Made by a program: the position numbers and the translations under genes. This document shows, one piece after another, positions 63,120-64,000 of a stretch of DNA of 64,000 nucleotides. Source of the DNA: a virus (taxonomy: Duplodnaviria; Caudoviricetes); IMG/VR virus record IMGVR_UViG_3300033074_000977, positions 9,729 through 73,728 of that record; one strand, given 5' to 3'. The notes beneath the pieces were generated by a model. It was given only the letters and a program-made list of their open reading frames with translations, made no database searches and was not told the DNA's origin. Each line of letters opens with the position of its first letter. Within the stretch, counting starts at the first letter, position 1.

Positions 63120-64000
63120 GGAGTATCTACATATTTAGTATAGTACTAATATAATATAGAAGTTAGGTAAAGTCTACTAGCAGGCGTGTGGTGGAGTAGT
63201 ATTGAGAGGTATACTACGAGTATTATATGTCTAGTATAGAGTATATTATAGGTATAGTATATCGCTAGTATGCTAAAAAGTGGCCGCAGGCGCACGTAAG
63301 TGGGTAAAAAGTGGTTAAGTAATTAACCAAAACACCTTATACTACCATTATACTAATGTGTACTAGCGCTCCTGGTGGAGAGAGGTAGGGTCATTGTATT
63401 AAGTAGTAATATAGGTAGTATAGCACGCGTGCTGTAATATGGGTAATATAGCTATGATATACTGTAGTATAGTGTAATATAGGCTATACTACAACTTAGT
63501 CGTATTCATGTAAGTTATTGATACTACTGTAGTTACAGATTCTATTATATTATATTATAGACCTTCACGTAACACGCTACCTCTCTCCATAATTGGAGCT
63601 AGTAATATCATAATATAGTGCTAGTATGTACATAAATTAACAAGTAGCCCTATACTAGACTAAATTGGATAAAATAAAATACTAGAAAAAACTATTTGGG
63701 ACCGATCTCCACCACGCCAGCGACGCACCCACCCACCCCCCGGACAACTAATGTCTATTATGTAATATATCATACATATAAGCTGGCCGCGGGCGCACTC
63801 GCAGGGTAAGTTGTTATAACATCATGTAATGGGTGAACACACGCGTGCTAAGTATATGAATATAATAGGTTTAACTACTAATACAATGATAGGTATGCGC
63901 TGTGCTGTGTCATAGTGACACACATTAACTACAATGTGGGCGCGGCTGTAAGTAGTTGTAAACACAATTAGTTACAACATAAATGTGTCATACTGACTCA
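63120..64000. other. AT-rich non-coding control region (origin, packaging or terminal-region candidate)
   Basis: No ORFs, sharp AT enrichment, inverted repeats and repeated GC-rich 15-mers. Confidence 0.6.

Noticed and set aside
1-64000. Genome-wide stop-codon reassignment
   Set aside because: Long genes are intact in the standard code, TAG/TGA/TAA all end genes at plausible boundaries, and no suppressor anticodon was found
1-64000. CRISPR array or diversity-generating retroelement
   Set aside because: No repeat-spacer series, no reverse transcriptase and no TR/VR pair seen; the Cas4-like gene is stand-alone in a recombination module
1-64000. Apparent abundance of AGCT/CTAG/GATC words
   Set aside because: Impression only; needs k-mer counts against a Markov background before any claim

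Overview
Most of the genome of a tailed dsDNA bacteriophage with a podovirus-like gene set. The host is probably diderm; no integrase, CRISPR array or rRNA was found. The + strand (1-19971) carries small early ORFs, a ParB-like gene, tRNA-Trp, a tRNA-like RNA and about 0.65 kb of structured non-coding sequence (GOLLD-like candidate). It continues with an AAA+ ATPase, a recombination module (Cas4-like exonuclease, Sak4/AAA_24-like ATPase, SSB-like protein), an intein-containing SF1B helicase, a UDG-PolA fusion polymerase and two HNH endonucleases. The converging - strand (63080 to 19989) carries regulators, terminase, portal, scaffold, capsid, adaptors, three tailspike/fibre genes, a GH19 endolysin, a tail nozzle, ejection proteins including a 2139-aa polyvalent protein, and a terminal membrane-protein module. 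The window ends in an AT-rich non-coding control region. Main unexplained signals: (1) the tail fibre/spike proteins start with Sec-type signal peptides ending in A|Q and contain paired cysteines; (2) a tRNA, tRNA-like RNA and large structured RNA lie in one cluster; (3) C-rich and G-rich blocks alternate along the genome. All family assignments come from motif recognition by eye, not database searches.
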